Origin: Balanoglossus misakiensis
Lineage: Eukaryota; Animalia; Hemichordata
Direction: 5' to 3'
Assembly (NCBI GenBank): GCA_040954595.2
Contig: CM082579.2
Span: 15,910,550-15,974,549, forward strand
DNA: 64,000 nt
Below, in pieces: positions 9,336 through 20,700 of the stretch. The notes under the pieces were generated by a model that worked only from the letters and a program-made list of their open reading frames with translations, had not been told where the DNA came from and made no database searches. The position numbers and the translations under genes are program-made. Each line of letters begins with the position of its first letter. Position 1 is the first letter of the stretch.

Positions 9336-11647
9336 TATAGGACACAGACTGGCGTAAGTTAACAACGGTAATCACGTCGGGTTTCCTACGGCCTGGCTCA
9401 GCTGAAGCCCCGGCACTCTAGAGCAGAAACAGGCGTACATTGACCACGTTGATCAAATTAGATTCCTACGGCGTGACTCGGCTGGTGCACCGGCTCTATA
9501 TGACACAGACTGGCGTAAGTTATCAACGGTGATTACGTCGGATTTCCTACGGCTTGGTTTAGCTGAAGCCCCGGCACTTTAGAGCGGAAACACGCGTACA
9601 TTGACCACGATGATCCAGTCAGATCTCCTACGGCCTGGCTCGACTAAAACCCCGGCACACCATGACAGACACTAGCGTTCGTTAGCAACGGTGATCAAGT
9701 CGGATTTCCTTCGGCCTGGCTCTGCAAAACACCCGACACTCTAGTACAAAGACGTTGGCTAAGTCGGGCAAACCGAAGAGGGAAAGTCACAGCGGGTCAA
9801 CACTCGACATTTGTTCCGGTAGGACTACATTATTGCCTGTCAATTTATAGAGAAAGCCCGAATTTAACCAGGGCGTTTCAAACACCGACGTTAGTTGTGG
9901 GCACGGCCTGCAGTACTGACGGGTAAGCTGACATCGGCGTACCGCATTTAATGTAGGGGGGGGGGGGGGAACAGAACGGTTCAATACTATATTTATTAGA
10001 TATCAGCTACTTTTGGACAATCATCTAAAATCTAAATAATTTTTTCATATTTGGATATCTGATGATGGATGAAATTTCCATTATATGTAAAAATGGTGCT
10101 GATTATAAAAAATGCACTCTGAATGAGCTGATTTAATACAAAATTGCGTTTTATTCGTTTTTGCACCAAAAAGGTCATTTTTAGGGAAACATTCTTTATT
10201 CTTTAAATTCGGTGACCTGATCATATATAAACAATTGCTTGTATGTTAAAAGTTTTAATGACTTTTAAAAGCAGTGACACTGGCGGCATTCAACACGAAA
10301 ATAACAATTTTAGCCACAATTCGGTCAAAATGGTAAATTTTTGAAAATTACAAAAAATACCTGTTTTCTACATTTTCGGAAATCTGATGGAGTATAGAAT
10401 GCTCTTCGTATACATATATCGATACAAATTCCACAAAAAACGGCCAATTTGGCTCACTGCAGACAAAATTGCGTTTTACCAAATTTTCCTTGAAAATGTC
10501 ATTTTTAGAAAAAAAAATAAAAAAAACCTTTGTTCTTCGAATTTGGTGCCCTGATCATATATGACATGTTGATTGTATGTTAAAACTTTCGACCACTCCA
10601 AAAATGCAGAGATATTGACGGAATTCAAGAAAAAATAGCCATTTTGGCCATATTTTGACAAAAATGGTAAATTTTTAAAAAATCATAAAAAATTAACTCT
10701 TTTCTTCATTTTCGGAAATATTATGGAGCATGCAGTGTCGTTCTCTTGTAAAAAGTGCTGCAAATTCCAGAAAAGGCGGTATAATTTGAATCACCCATGA
10801 CAAAATTACCATTTTCGACTTTTTTTCGAAAAATTGTGATTTTAACAAAATAAATAAGAATAAATTCTTTTCTTAGTTTCAAACGGGAAGAGATACTTTC
10901 CACACGGGTTTTCTAACATTGAATTCCAGTTCATCAACTCAGATTTCCTACAGCATAAGTCGGCTAAAACCCTGACACTCTAGAGCAGAAACAGTTGCAC
11001 ACTGGTAACGTTGAACAAGTCGATTTTTCTACGGCCTGGCTCGGCTAAATCTCCGTCACAATATGACAGACACTAGCGTACGTTAGCAACGGTGATCAAG
11101 TCAGATTTTCTACGGCATGGCTTGGATAAAGCCCCGGCACTCCAGAGCAGAAACACGCGTACAGAGACCACGTTGATGAAGTCTGATCTCCTACGGCTTG
11201 GCTCGACTAAAACCCCGGCACACCATGACAGACACTAGCGTTCGTTAGCAACGGTGATCAAGTCGGATTTCCTTCGGCCTGGCTCTGCAAAAGACCCGAC
11301 ACATTAGTACAAAGACGTTGGCTAAGTCGGGCAAACCGAAGAGGGAAAGTCACAGCGGGTCAACACTCGACATTTGTTCGGGTAGGACTGCATTATTGCC
11401 TGTCAATTTATAGAGAAAGCCCGAATTTAACCAGGGCGTTTCAAACACCGACGTTATTTGGGGGCACGGCCTGCAGTACTGCCGGGTAAGCTGACATCGG
11501 CGTACCGCATATAATGTAGGGGGGGGGGGACAGAACGGTTCAATACTACATTTATTAGATATCAGCTAATTTTGGACAATCATCTAAAATCTAAATCATT
11601 TTTTCATATTTGGATATCTGATGATGTATGAAATTTTCAATATATGT
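9336..11647. repeat. Macrosatellite segment 2 (includes a short ~1.56-kb monomer)
   Basis: Poly-G markers at ~9956 and ~11519; reduced number of 81-bp subrepeats. Confidence 0.95.
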
Positions 11648-11957
11648 TATCGGAGATGCTAAAAACTCTGACCATGAGTCATTTTGAGGATCACAGCTCG
11701 GATGCTTTGAGCCAATCAGAGCTGAGTATTTTAGCCCAATCAGAGGCCTAGTTAATCACCCAATGACATATCTTTCCCCGCCAAAACAAAATTTGCTACT
11801 TTTCTGGCTGGTTTTGTGCTTGTGTAATCACTTCTTCTTGAGTGACCTTCAATAAAGCTGTTTAAAGGTTGTACAGCTGCGTCCCGCTCCTGTAATTTCC
11901 CCTGCCATCCCCCAGAACCTTGTTCATAAATCCACCCCAGACGTAAAGTACGTCACA
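11648..11957 (+). repeat. BEL 5' LTR (310 bp, TA...CA)
   Basis: TATCGGAG...ACGTCACA; three CCAAT boxes (11712, 11736, 11760); AATAAA at 11851. Confidence 0.95.
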
Positions 11958-11961
11958 TTTT

Positions 11962-11980
11962 TGGTGCCGAGACCAGGATT
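11962..11980 (+). other. Primer binding site, probably tRNA-His
   Basis: TGGTGCCGAGACCAGGATT differs by one base from the complement of an invertebrate tRNA-His 3' end (TGGTGCCGTGACCAGGATT, from memory); tRNA-Phe fits less well. Confidence 0.7.
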
Positions 11981-11988
11981 TACCAGTA

Positions 11989-14900
11989 ATGATGGCAGAA
12001 CCAGAGGAACAGGAGCACCCAGCACCCGCTCAGGCGGTCCCAGGAGCAAACTCGCTCAACAGGCTGAAAGGTACACGAAGGGGTCACCGTGGATCCATGA
12101 CAAGACTTCTCAACAAAGCAGAGGATATCATCTCATCATTTGAAGAGAACGATGACAAGATCGAAGCTCTCGATACCCTCATCACCACGCGCGAACTGAT
12201 AAACGCGAAATACAACATTCTCGCATCCCTAGACTTGAAGATCATCGAATCCGTTGACGAAGGCGACCTCGAAGGCGTGATCGAGGAAACCGACGACTAC
12301 TTGCATCAAGTTTTCGATAGAAAGCTCAAGATCGGCCGATTCATCGACAGAAATTCGCGAGCGACATCGCCCGACCGATCTTCCCACGAAGAAATCACTT
12401 CCGCGGCACCCTCCACTCAAAGGAAAACTACAAGTTTGCCGAAACTTCAGCTACCCGTCTTTTCGGGTGACATTCTCAAATGGGTCAGTTTCCACGACGC
12501 GTTCAAATCCGCTGTCCACGACGACAAGAATCTGGGAGACGTCCAGAAATTCCAATACTTACGCGCACAGCTTCAAGGCGAAGCCGCTCGATCGATCGAA
12601 GGTCTGTCATTGACAAGTTCGAACTATGCACACGCGCTTCAACTTCTCACCGAACGTTATGGCAAAACACACAAGATTATAAGCGCCTACATGAAATCGC
12701 TGTGGGACATGCCGAGTCCAGAAGGCGAACTCAGCAGTCTACGAAACTTCTACGACACTCTAGAGAGTAATATTCGCGGTCTCCAATCTCTCGGTAAAAG
12801 CGAAGACGCGTACGGAGATCTACTCGTACCCATAGTCTTGGAAAAACTTCCCGGTAACACTCGCAAACAAATCGCACGAGAACACGGTAATAATGAATGG
12901 AAACTCGGCGACCTACGAAAGGCAATTCTCAAAGAAATCGACGCTCTTCAAGCTGGCCTCTCCACCGCTGAATCCGACAGCGATTCTACATACGACGAAT
13001 GCAAGCCGTCGATGACCGCCGCGTTTCACACTAGATCCGCAACCCGTTTCGCAAGGGTCAATAAACCGAAATCGTGTGCGTTTTGCAAAGGGCAACATTT
13101 TGCCAATGAATGCACAACCATTACCGATAAGAAGAAACGTCTTGACATCGTCAAACGCGACAAACTCTGTTTTAACTGCCTCGGCAGGCATCGAGTACAC
13201 GATTGTAGATCGAAGTTCAGTTGCCGTTCATGCAACAGAAAGCATCATACCTCGCTTCATACTGATCGAGCTTCAGACAGTTCGAAAACCCCGACGGAAG
13301 ACGCGCGCACTCCTTCCGCTACACACGTTCAGTTCGCCCGTACTGAGAACTCGAGTCGCGAGAAAGCGAGAAACGGACCAATTCTCCTGAAAACCGCGGT
13401 CGTTCCAGTCTCTACGAAATTTCAAACGACAATTGACGCCACAGTGTTATTCGACGAAGGCGCGACGCGTTCATTCGTGACCCAAGATTTCGCGACAAGA
13501 CTCGGTTTAGAACCGACCGGTACCGAGGTCATTAGACTGACTTCCTTCGGTGACAAATATCCGCGACAAAGATCGATCAATGCAGCGACCATTGCATTGC
13601 ACACGCTTTCCGGCGAAAAGAAAGAGATAAACGTTCTCATCATTCCGCAGATTTCGACGCGAATGAAAAACTTTGTCAAGCAACCAGTTGCTGACTTGCC
13701 TCATCTACGCGGACTAAACTTTGCTTACCCGGTATCGAACACCGATTCGTTCGAGATTTCCGTGTTAATAGGCGCGGACTACTACTGGGATTTTGTCGAA
13801 GATCGAGTTATTCGTGGCCCAGGCCCAACCGCTGTACGCTCGAAATTCGGTTACCTACTGTCCGGTCCCGTCCACATGACAAAATCGTCTGATAGCGATG
13901 CTACGATTTTTCATGTTCTCTCAAACACGCACGACGAAGAGATTCAACTCCAAAATTATTGGAACCTCGAGACAATCGGTATTCAAGACGATTCGCAATC
14001 TGCTGCTATGGATAACAATACCTTTGAAGATTACAGAGACACACATTTGCGCATCGAAAATGGCACATATATCGCGAAGTTGCCATGGAAGTCCAACCAC
14101 CCGCCACTACCCGTTAACTACGGGGTCACTGATAATCGCACGCGTTCTATGGTGCGTAGGCTTTCACCGGACATTCTGAAAGCGTATGACAAAATCATTT
14201 CTGATCAGGAATCGCGAGATTTCATCGAAGAAGTACCAGGCGACATGGACACGCGCCGCACCGGTCACTACTTGCCCCATCGCCCCGTGAAAAAAGATTC
14301 AGCCACTACGCCAATCAGAATCGTGTATGATTGTAGTTGCAGGCAATCTACCGACACACCGAGTTTGAATGACTGCTTGCAAACCGGCCCGCCTCTGCTC
14401 AACGACCTCACACAAATTCTACTTCGGTTTCGCGCAAACCGCTTTGCCTTTACGAGTGACATAGAAAAGGCTTTTCTACATGTTCGACTTGACGAAAGCG
14501 ATCGTCAATTCACGAAGTTTTTGTGGTTGTCTGATCCGACAGACCCGGAAAGCGACTTCAAAACATATCGCTTCAAAGTAGTTCTATTCGGCGCAGTTTG
14601 CTCGCCATTCATTTTAAACGCAGTCGTGAAAACCCATCTCGAGTCCGCTCAATCCACGCCAACTTCCATCGATCTCAAAAATAATATCTACGTTGACAAC
14701 ATACTCAGCGGAGCTGACAGCCCGAGCGAAGCAGTTGGCTACTACAGAGAGTCAAACCGTCTGTTAGAATCTTGCGGATTCAATCTACGAAGTTGGTCGA
14801 GTAACTGTGAAGATGTTCGCGCACTTGCGGCAAAGGATGATAAACTCGAACGCGCTACTGACGTGAACACACTAGGACTTCGCTGGTTAACCGAAACCGA

Positions 14901-17286
14901 CGAACTCGCCTACGCGAAGAAGAATCTCCAAATACCGGACAATCTCACTACGAAACGTGAAGTGGTTCGAACCACTGCCAGCTTATACGACCCTCTGGGG
15001 TATCTTTCGCCAGTTCTCATTAAGGCGAAACTGTTTATACAGCAACTGTGGATAAAAGGCCTCGCCTGGGACGAACCGCTAGAAAACGAACTCAATAAAC
15101 AGTGGACAGACATCGCAAGAGAAATACGCGAAACGACCACGTTGAAACTCAATCGCCGATATTTTGACAACTCGCCTGTCAATCAAAACTATGAGCTCCA
15201 CGTGTTCGCCGACTCGAGCATGAAGGCCTATGGAGCCGTCGCCTACTTACGACATGCCAATCAAACCGCGCTTGTCATGGCAAAGAATCGCGTGGCACCT
15301 CTCAAAGAGTTCACTCTCCCGCGCCTCGAACTGATGGCCGCCTTGATCGGTGCAAGGCTGTTGCAATTCGTCTCAAACTCCCTACAAGGCAAAATTCGCA
15401 TCACAGAGAAAATTCTGTGGTCTGATAGTCAAATAGTCCTACATTGGTTAAACAGCGACAAGAAACTTCCGATCTTCGTTGCCAATCGTGTAAGAGAAAT
15501 AAACGCGATTTCCTGCACCGCGAAATACTGTCCCACGGGGGACAATCCGGCAGATTTGCTGACCCGCGGGATTTCTACCGCTAATCTACGTGAGTCTGGC
15601 CTTTGGTGGAACGGCCCACCTTGGCTGAAACAAGGCGACTGGCCTATAAGCGAAGTGTTCGACAGCGCGATTCACCACGCACCGGTATCGACGGTGAATG
15701 AATCGGAACTTCTCCCCGCGAGTAACCCCCTCGAGACGAGACTTCAAGATGAAAAACTCGCGGACTGTTTGACCGCTAAACCCCAGACAACCGGAATACA
15801 ACAAGTGATTGGCGCGAATCGGTTCAGCACGTTGAACAAACTTCTCCGTGTCACCGCACAAGTGCTAAGATTCGTTTCGAACATAAAACGGAACGGCACT
15901 CGGAAATTCGGTCCCCTCACTGCTGAGGAAATACAACATGCCGAAAACACATGGATCAAGGACACCCAAAAACAGACTTTCGGCGAAACAGGACAACGAG
16001 CCGCTCTGACGAAGCCGCTGAAACTTTTCACCGATGACAGAGACATCACAAGATGTGATAGCAGACTACATAACGCGCCAATTGGCTTCGACGCCAAATT
16101 CCCAATTCTGCTACCGCGAAACCATCGATTCACGGAACTCGTCATTCGCGACGCGCATTCGCGTTTACTTCACGCCGGAGTACAATCGACCGTAGCTCAT
16201 TTACGGCAGAAATTCTGGATACCGAGAATACGCCGTACCGTGAGAGCTCTACTGAGTAAGTGTGTCACATGCCGCAAAATCAACGGGCACGCCTACAGCT
16301 ACCCAAGACAAGCACCGCTACAAGCAGATCGTGTGAAAACAGCCCCGCCTTTCAACGTAACCGGAGTTGACTTCACCGGAGCGTTGTACATCAAATCGCC
16401 CAAACCTGTACGAGAGAAAAAGGTGTATGTCTGCCTGTTCACCTGCGCTGTTACACGCGCCGTGCATTTGGAACTTGTTGACGACTTGTCCGCGAATAGC
16501 TTTCTACAAGCATTCCGCCGTTTCGCTGCAAGACGCTCGCTACCGAGCAAAATGATATCAGATAACGCGTCTAACTTCGTGTCCGCGGCCGCCGAACTAC
16601 GCCGTTTATTCGACGCGCCCGAAGTGAAGGCTCATCTCGCCAACAGACGCTGCCAGTGGAACTTCATCCCGAAACGAGCCCCTTGGTTCGGGGGATTCTG
16701 GGAACGGCTAATCGGAATAACTAAGACCACAATAAAGAAGGTCTTAGGACGCGCCTACGTGACATTCAATGAACTGTATACCTTGCTGACCGAAGTTGAG
16801 GCCGTAATAAACGACCGACCGATCACATATGTTTCTTCGGATGCTGAAGACGCCGTGCCGTTGACGCCCGCTCATTTATTACACGGGCGCCCCTTGACAA
16901 CGGTACCATATCTCACCGTCGAAGACGATGAACTCACCGACCCGACCTACGGTAACCATAGCGATCTAAACAAGCGCTACACTCTGATGACTACGCTCCA
17001 GACGCGATTTTGGCGACGATGGGTATCGGAATATTTGCCCGCGCTACGTGAAAACCGCTCGCCAATAGGGAGTCCCGGCAACAAGATACAGGTTGGGGAC
17101 GTGGTCCTTGTACATGAAGACATCAAACGACGCCTGGACTGGACTTTGGCTACGGTGGAACGGTTGAACTACGGACGCGACAACCTAGTCCGATCAGCGG
17201 AAATCAGAACCGCCAAGGGACACACCACAAGGCCAGTAAGCAAACTCTTCCCGCTGGAAGTGAACTCGCGCTCCGTATCGACATGA
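11989..17286 (+). CDS. BEL/Pao Gag-Pol polyprotein (Gag, three Cys-His knuckles, protease, RT, RNase H, integrase)
   Basis: LPKLQLPVFSG gag motif, CAFC..H..C / CFNC..H..C / CRSC..HH, FDEGA protease, YLPH, DIEKAF, YVDN, FADSS, NPADLLTRG, GVDFTG, SDNA, PWFGGFWERL; uninterrupted frame. Confidence 0.97.
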   Translation: MMAEPEEQEHPAPAQAVPGANSLNRLKGTRRGHRGSMTRLLNKAEDIISSFEENDDKIEALDTLITTRELINAKYNILASLDLKIIESVDEGDLEGVIEETDDYLHQVFDRKLKIGRFIDRNSRATSPDRSSHEEITSAAPSTQRKTTSLPKLQLPVFSGDILKWVSFHDAFKSAVHDDKNLGDVQKFQYLRAQLQGEAARSIEGLSLTSSNYAHALQLLTERYGKTHKIISAYMKSLWDMPSPEGELSSLRNFYDTLESNIRGLQSLGKSEDAYGDLLVPIVLEKLPGNTRKQIAREHGNNEWKLGDLRKAILKEIDALQAGLSTAESDSDSTYDECKPSMTAAFHTRSATRFARVNKPKSCAFCKGQHFANECTTITDKKKRLDIVKRDKLCFNCLGRHRVHDCRSKFSCRSCNRKHHTSLHTDRASDSSKTPTEDARTPSATHVQFARTENSSREKARNGPILLKTAVVPVSTKFQTTIDATVLFDEGATRSFVTQDFATRLGLEPTGTEVIRLTSFGDKYPRQRSINAATIALHTLSGEKKEINVLIIPQISTRMKNFVKQPVADLPHLRGLNFAYPVSNTDSFEISVLIGADYYWDFVEDRVIRGPGPTAVRSKFGYLLSGPVHMTKSSDSDATIFHVLSNTHDEEIQLQNYWNLETIGIQDDSQSAAMDNNTFEDYRDTHLRIENGTYIAKLPWKSNHPPLPVNYGVTDNRTRSMVRRLSPDILKAYDKIISDQESRDFIEEVPGDMDTRRTGHYLPHRPVKKDSATTPIRIVYDCSCRQSTDTPSLNDCLQTGPPLLNDLTQILLRFRANRFAFTSDIEKAFLHVRLDESDRQFTKFLWLSDPTDPESDFKTYRFKVVLFGAVCSPFILNAVVKTHLESAQSTPTSIDLKNNIYVDNILSGADSPSEAVGYYRESNRLLESCGFNLRSWSSNCEDVRALAAKDDKLERATDVNTLGLRWLTETDELAYAKKNLQIPDNLTTKREVVRTTASLYDPLGYLSPVLIKAKLFIQQLWIKGLAWDEPLENELNKQWTDIAREIRETTTLKLNRRYFDNSPVNQNYELHVFADSSMKAYGAVAYLRHANQTALVMAKNRVAPLKEFTLPRLELMAALIGARLLQFVSNSLQGKIRITEKILWSDSQIVLHWLNSDKKLPIFVANRVREINAISCTAKYCPTGDNPADLLTRGISTANLRESGLWWNGPPWLKQGDWPISEVFDSAIHHAPVSTVNESELLPASNPLETRLQDEKLADCLTAKPQTTGIQQVIGANRFSTLNKLLRVTAQVLRFVSNIKRNGTRKFGPLTAEEIQHAENTWIKDTQKQTFGETGQRAALTKPLKLFTDDRDITRCDSRLHNAPIGFDAKFPILLPRNHRFTELVIRDAHSRLLHAGVQSTVAHLRQKFWIPRIRRTVRALLSKCVTCRKINGHAYSYPRQAPLQADRVKTAPPFNVTGVDFTGALYIKSPKPVREKKVYVCLFTCAVTRAVHLELVDDLSANSFLQAFRRFAARRSLPSKMISDNASNFVSAAAELRRLFDAPEVKAHLANRRCQWNFIPKRAPWFGGFWERLIGITKTTIKKVLGRAYVTFNELYTLLTEVEAVINDRPITYVSSDAEDAVPLTPAHLLHGRPLTTVPYLTVEDDELTDPTYGNHSDLNKRYTLMTTLQTRFWRRWVSEYLPALRENRSPIGSPGNKIQVGDVVLVHEDIKRRLDWTLATVERLNYGRDNLVRSAEIRTAKGHTTRPVSKLFPLEVNSRSVST

Positions 17287-17418
17287 AGTGGACATTGACA
17301 TTGTCTGTGTTTCAATGACAATCGAACAATAGACAATCTGATTTTTCTAGTTTGCATGTATTTCAGGATTTTCTAGTTTATTTTTTGATTTCTTGTTCAC
17401 TTTTGCGGCCCGGGAGAA

Positions 17419-17728
17419 TATCGGAGATGCTAAAAACTCTGACCATGAGTCATTTTGAGGATCACAGCTCGGATGCTTTGAGCCAATCAGAGCTGAGTAT
17501 TTTAGCCCAATCAGAGGCCTAGTTAATCACCCAATGACATATCTTTCCCCGCCAAAACAAAATTTGCTACTTTTCTGGCTGGTTTTGTGCTTGTGTAATC
17601 ACTTCTTCTTGAGTGACCTTCAATAAAGCTGTTTAAAGGTTGTACAGCTGCGTCCCGCTCCTGTAATTTCCCCTGCCATCCCCCAGAACCTTGTTCATAA
17701 ATCCACCCCAGACGTAAAGTACGTCACA
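17419..17728 (+). repeat. BEL 3' LTR (310 bp)
   Basis: Copy of 11648-11957, directly after PPT CCCGGGAGAA. Confidence 0.95.
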
Positions 17729-20700
17729 TATGTAAAAATGGTGCTGATTATAAAAAATGCACTCTGAATGAGCTGATTTAATACAAAATTGCGTTTTATT
17801 CGTTTTTGCACCAAAAAGGTCATTTTCAGGCAAAACATTCTTTATTTTTTTTAATTCGGTGGCCTGATCATATATAAGCAATTGCTTGCATGTTAAAAGT
17901 TTTTATGACTTTTAAAAGCAGTGACACTGGCGGCATTCAACACGAAAATAACAATTTTAACCACAATTTGGTCAAAATGGTAAATTTTTGAAAATTACAA
18001 AAAATACCTGTTTTCTACATTTTCGGAAATCTGATGGAGTATAGAATGCTCTTCGTATATATATATCGATACCAATTCCACAAAAGACCGTCTAATTTGG
18101 CTCACTGCAGACAAAATTGCGTTTTACCAAATTTTCCTTGAAAATGTCATTTTTAGAAAAATAAAATAAAAAAACCTTCGTTCTTCGAATTTGGTGCCCT
18201 GATCATATATGACATGTTGATTGTATGTTAAAACTTTCGACCACTCCAAAAATGCAGAGATATTGACGGAATTCAAGAAAAAATAGCCATTTTGGCCATA
18301 TTTTGACAAAATGGTACATTTTTAAAAAATCATAAAAAATAAACTCTTTTCTTCATTTTCGGAAATATTATGGAGCATGAAGTGTCGTTCTCTTGTAAAA
18401 AGTGCTGCAAATTCCAGAAAATGTGGTATAATTTGAATCACCCAAGAAAAAAATTACCATTTTCGACTTTTTTTCGAAATATTGTTTTTTTTACAAAATA
18501 AATAAGAATAAATTCTTTTCTTAGTTCCAAACGGGTAGAGATACTTTCCACACGGATTTCTAACATTGAATTCCCGTTCATCAACTCAGATTTCCTACAA
18601 GTCGGCTAAAACCCTGACACTCTAGAACAGAAACAGTTGCACACTGGTAACGTTGAACAAGTCGATTTTTCTACGGCCTGGCTCGGCTAAATCTCCGTCA
18701 CAATATGACAGACACTAGCGTAGGTTAGCAACGGTGATCAAGTCAGATTTTCTACGGCATGGCTTGGATAAAGCCCCGGCACTCCAGAGCAGAAACACGC
18801 GTACAGAGACCACGCTGATCAAGTCTGATCTCCTACGGCTTGGTTCGACTAAAACCCCGGCACACTATGACAGACACTAGCGTTCGTTAGCAACGTTGAT
18901 CAAGTCAGATTTCCTACGGCATGGCTTGGCTAAAGCCCTGGCACTCTAGAGCAGAAACACGCGTACAGAAACCACGTTGATCTACTCACATTTCCTTCGG
19001 CCTGGCACGGCTGATGCCCCGGCAGTATATATAGGACACAGACTTGCGTAAGTTAACAACGGTAATCACGTCGGGTTTCCTACGGCCTGGCTCAGCTGAA
19101 GCCCCGGCACTCTAGAGCAGAAACAGGCGTACATTGACCACGTTGATCAAATCAGATTCCTACGGCGTGACTCCGCTGGTGCACCGGCTCTATATGACAC
19201 AGACTGGCGTAAGTTATCAACGGTGATTACGTCGGATTTCCTACGGCCTGGTTTAGCTCAAGCCCCGGCACTTTAGAGCGGAAACACGCGTACATTGACC
19301 ACGATGATCAAGTCAGATCTCCTACGGCTTGGCTCGACTAAAACCCCGGCACACTATGACAGACACTAGCGTTCGTTAGCAACGTTGATCAATTCAGATT
19401 TCCTACGGCATGGCTTGGCTAAAGCCCTGGCATTCTAGAGCAGAAACACGCGTACAGAGACCACATTGATCTACTCACATTTCCTTAGGCCTGGCACGGC
19501 TGATGCCCCGCACTATATATAGGACACAGACTGGCGTAAGTTAACAACGGTAATCACGTCGGGTTTCCTTCGGCCTGGCTCAGCTGAAGCCCCGGCACTC
19601 TAGAGCAGAAACAGGCGTACATTGACCACGTTGATCAAATTAGATTCCTACGGCGTGACTCGGCTGGTGCACCGGCTCTATATGACACAGACTGGCGTAA
19701 GTTATCAACGGTGATTACGTCGGATTTCCTACGGCCTGGTTTAGCTGAAGCCCCGGCACTTTAGAGCGGAAACACGCGTACATTGACCACGATGATCCAG
19801 TCAGATCTCCTACGGCCTGGCTCGACTAAAACCCCGGCACACCATGACAGACACTAGCGTTCGTTAGCAACGGTGATCAAGTCGGATTTCCTTCGGCCTG
19901 GCTCTGCAAAACACCCGACACTCTAGTACAAAGACGTTGGCTAAGTCGGGCAAACCGAAGAGGGAAAGTCACAGCGGGTCAACACTCGACATTTGTTCCG
20001 GTAGGACTACATTATTGCCTGTCAATTTATAGAGAAAGCCCGAATTTAACCAGGGCGTTTCAAACACCGACGTTAGTTGGGGGCACGGCCTGCAGTACTG
20101 ACGGGTAAGCTGACATCGGCGTACCGCATTTAATGTAGGGGGGGGGGGGGAACAGAACGGTTCAATACTATATTTATTAGATATCAGCTACTTTTGGACA
20201 ATCATCTAAAATCTAAATCATTTTTTCATATTTGGATATCTGATGATGGATGAAATTTCCATTATATGTAAAAATGGTGCTGATTATAAAAAATGCACTC
20301 TGAATGAGCTGATTTAATACAAAATTGCGTTTTATTCGTTTTTGCACCAAAAAGGTCATTTTTAGGGAAACATTCTTTATTCTTTAAATTCGGTGACCTG
20401 ATCATATATAAACAATTGCTTGCATGTTAAAAGTTTTTATGACTTTTAAAAGCAGTGACACTGGCGGCATTCAACACGAAAATAACAATTTTAACCACAA
20501 TTTGGTCAAAATGGTAAATTTTTGAAAATTACAAAAAATACCTGTTTTCTACATTTTCGGAAATCTGATGGAGTATAGAATGCTCTTCGTATATATATAT
20601 CGATACCAATTCCACAAAAGACCGTCTAATTTGGCTCACTGCAGACAAAATTGCGTTTTACCAAATTTTCCTTGAAAATGTCATTTTTAGAAAAATAAAA

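Larger units (their letters stand above)
11648..17728 (+). mobile_element. Full-length BEL/Pao LTR retrotransposon (~6.1 kb)
   Basis: 310-bp LTRs identical by eye, 5-bp TSD TATGT (11643-11647 and 17729-17733), PBS, PPT GGGAGAA, single 1765-aa ORF. Confidence 0.97.

Noticed and set aside
12229-16555. Antisense and alternate-frame ORFs within the BEL ORF
   Set aside because: Short shadow ORFs expected in GC-rich coding sequence, with no motifs.
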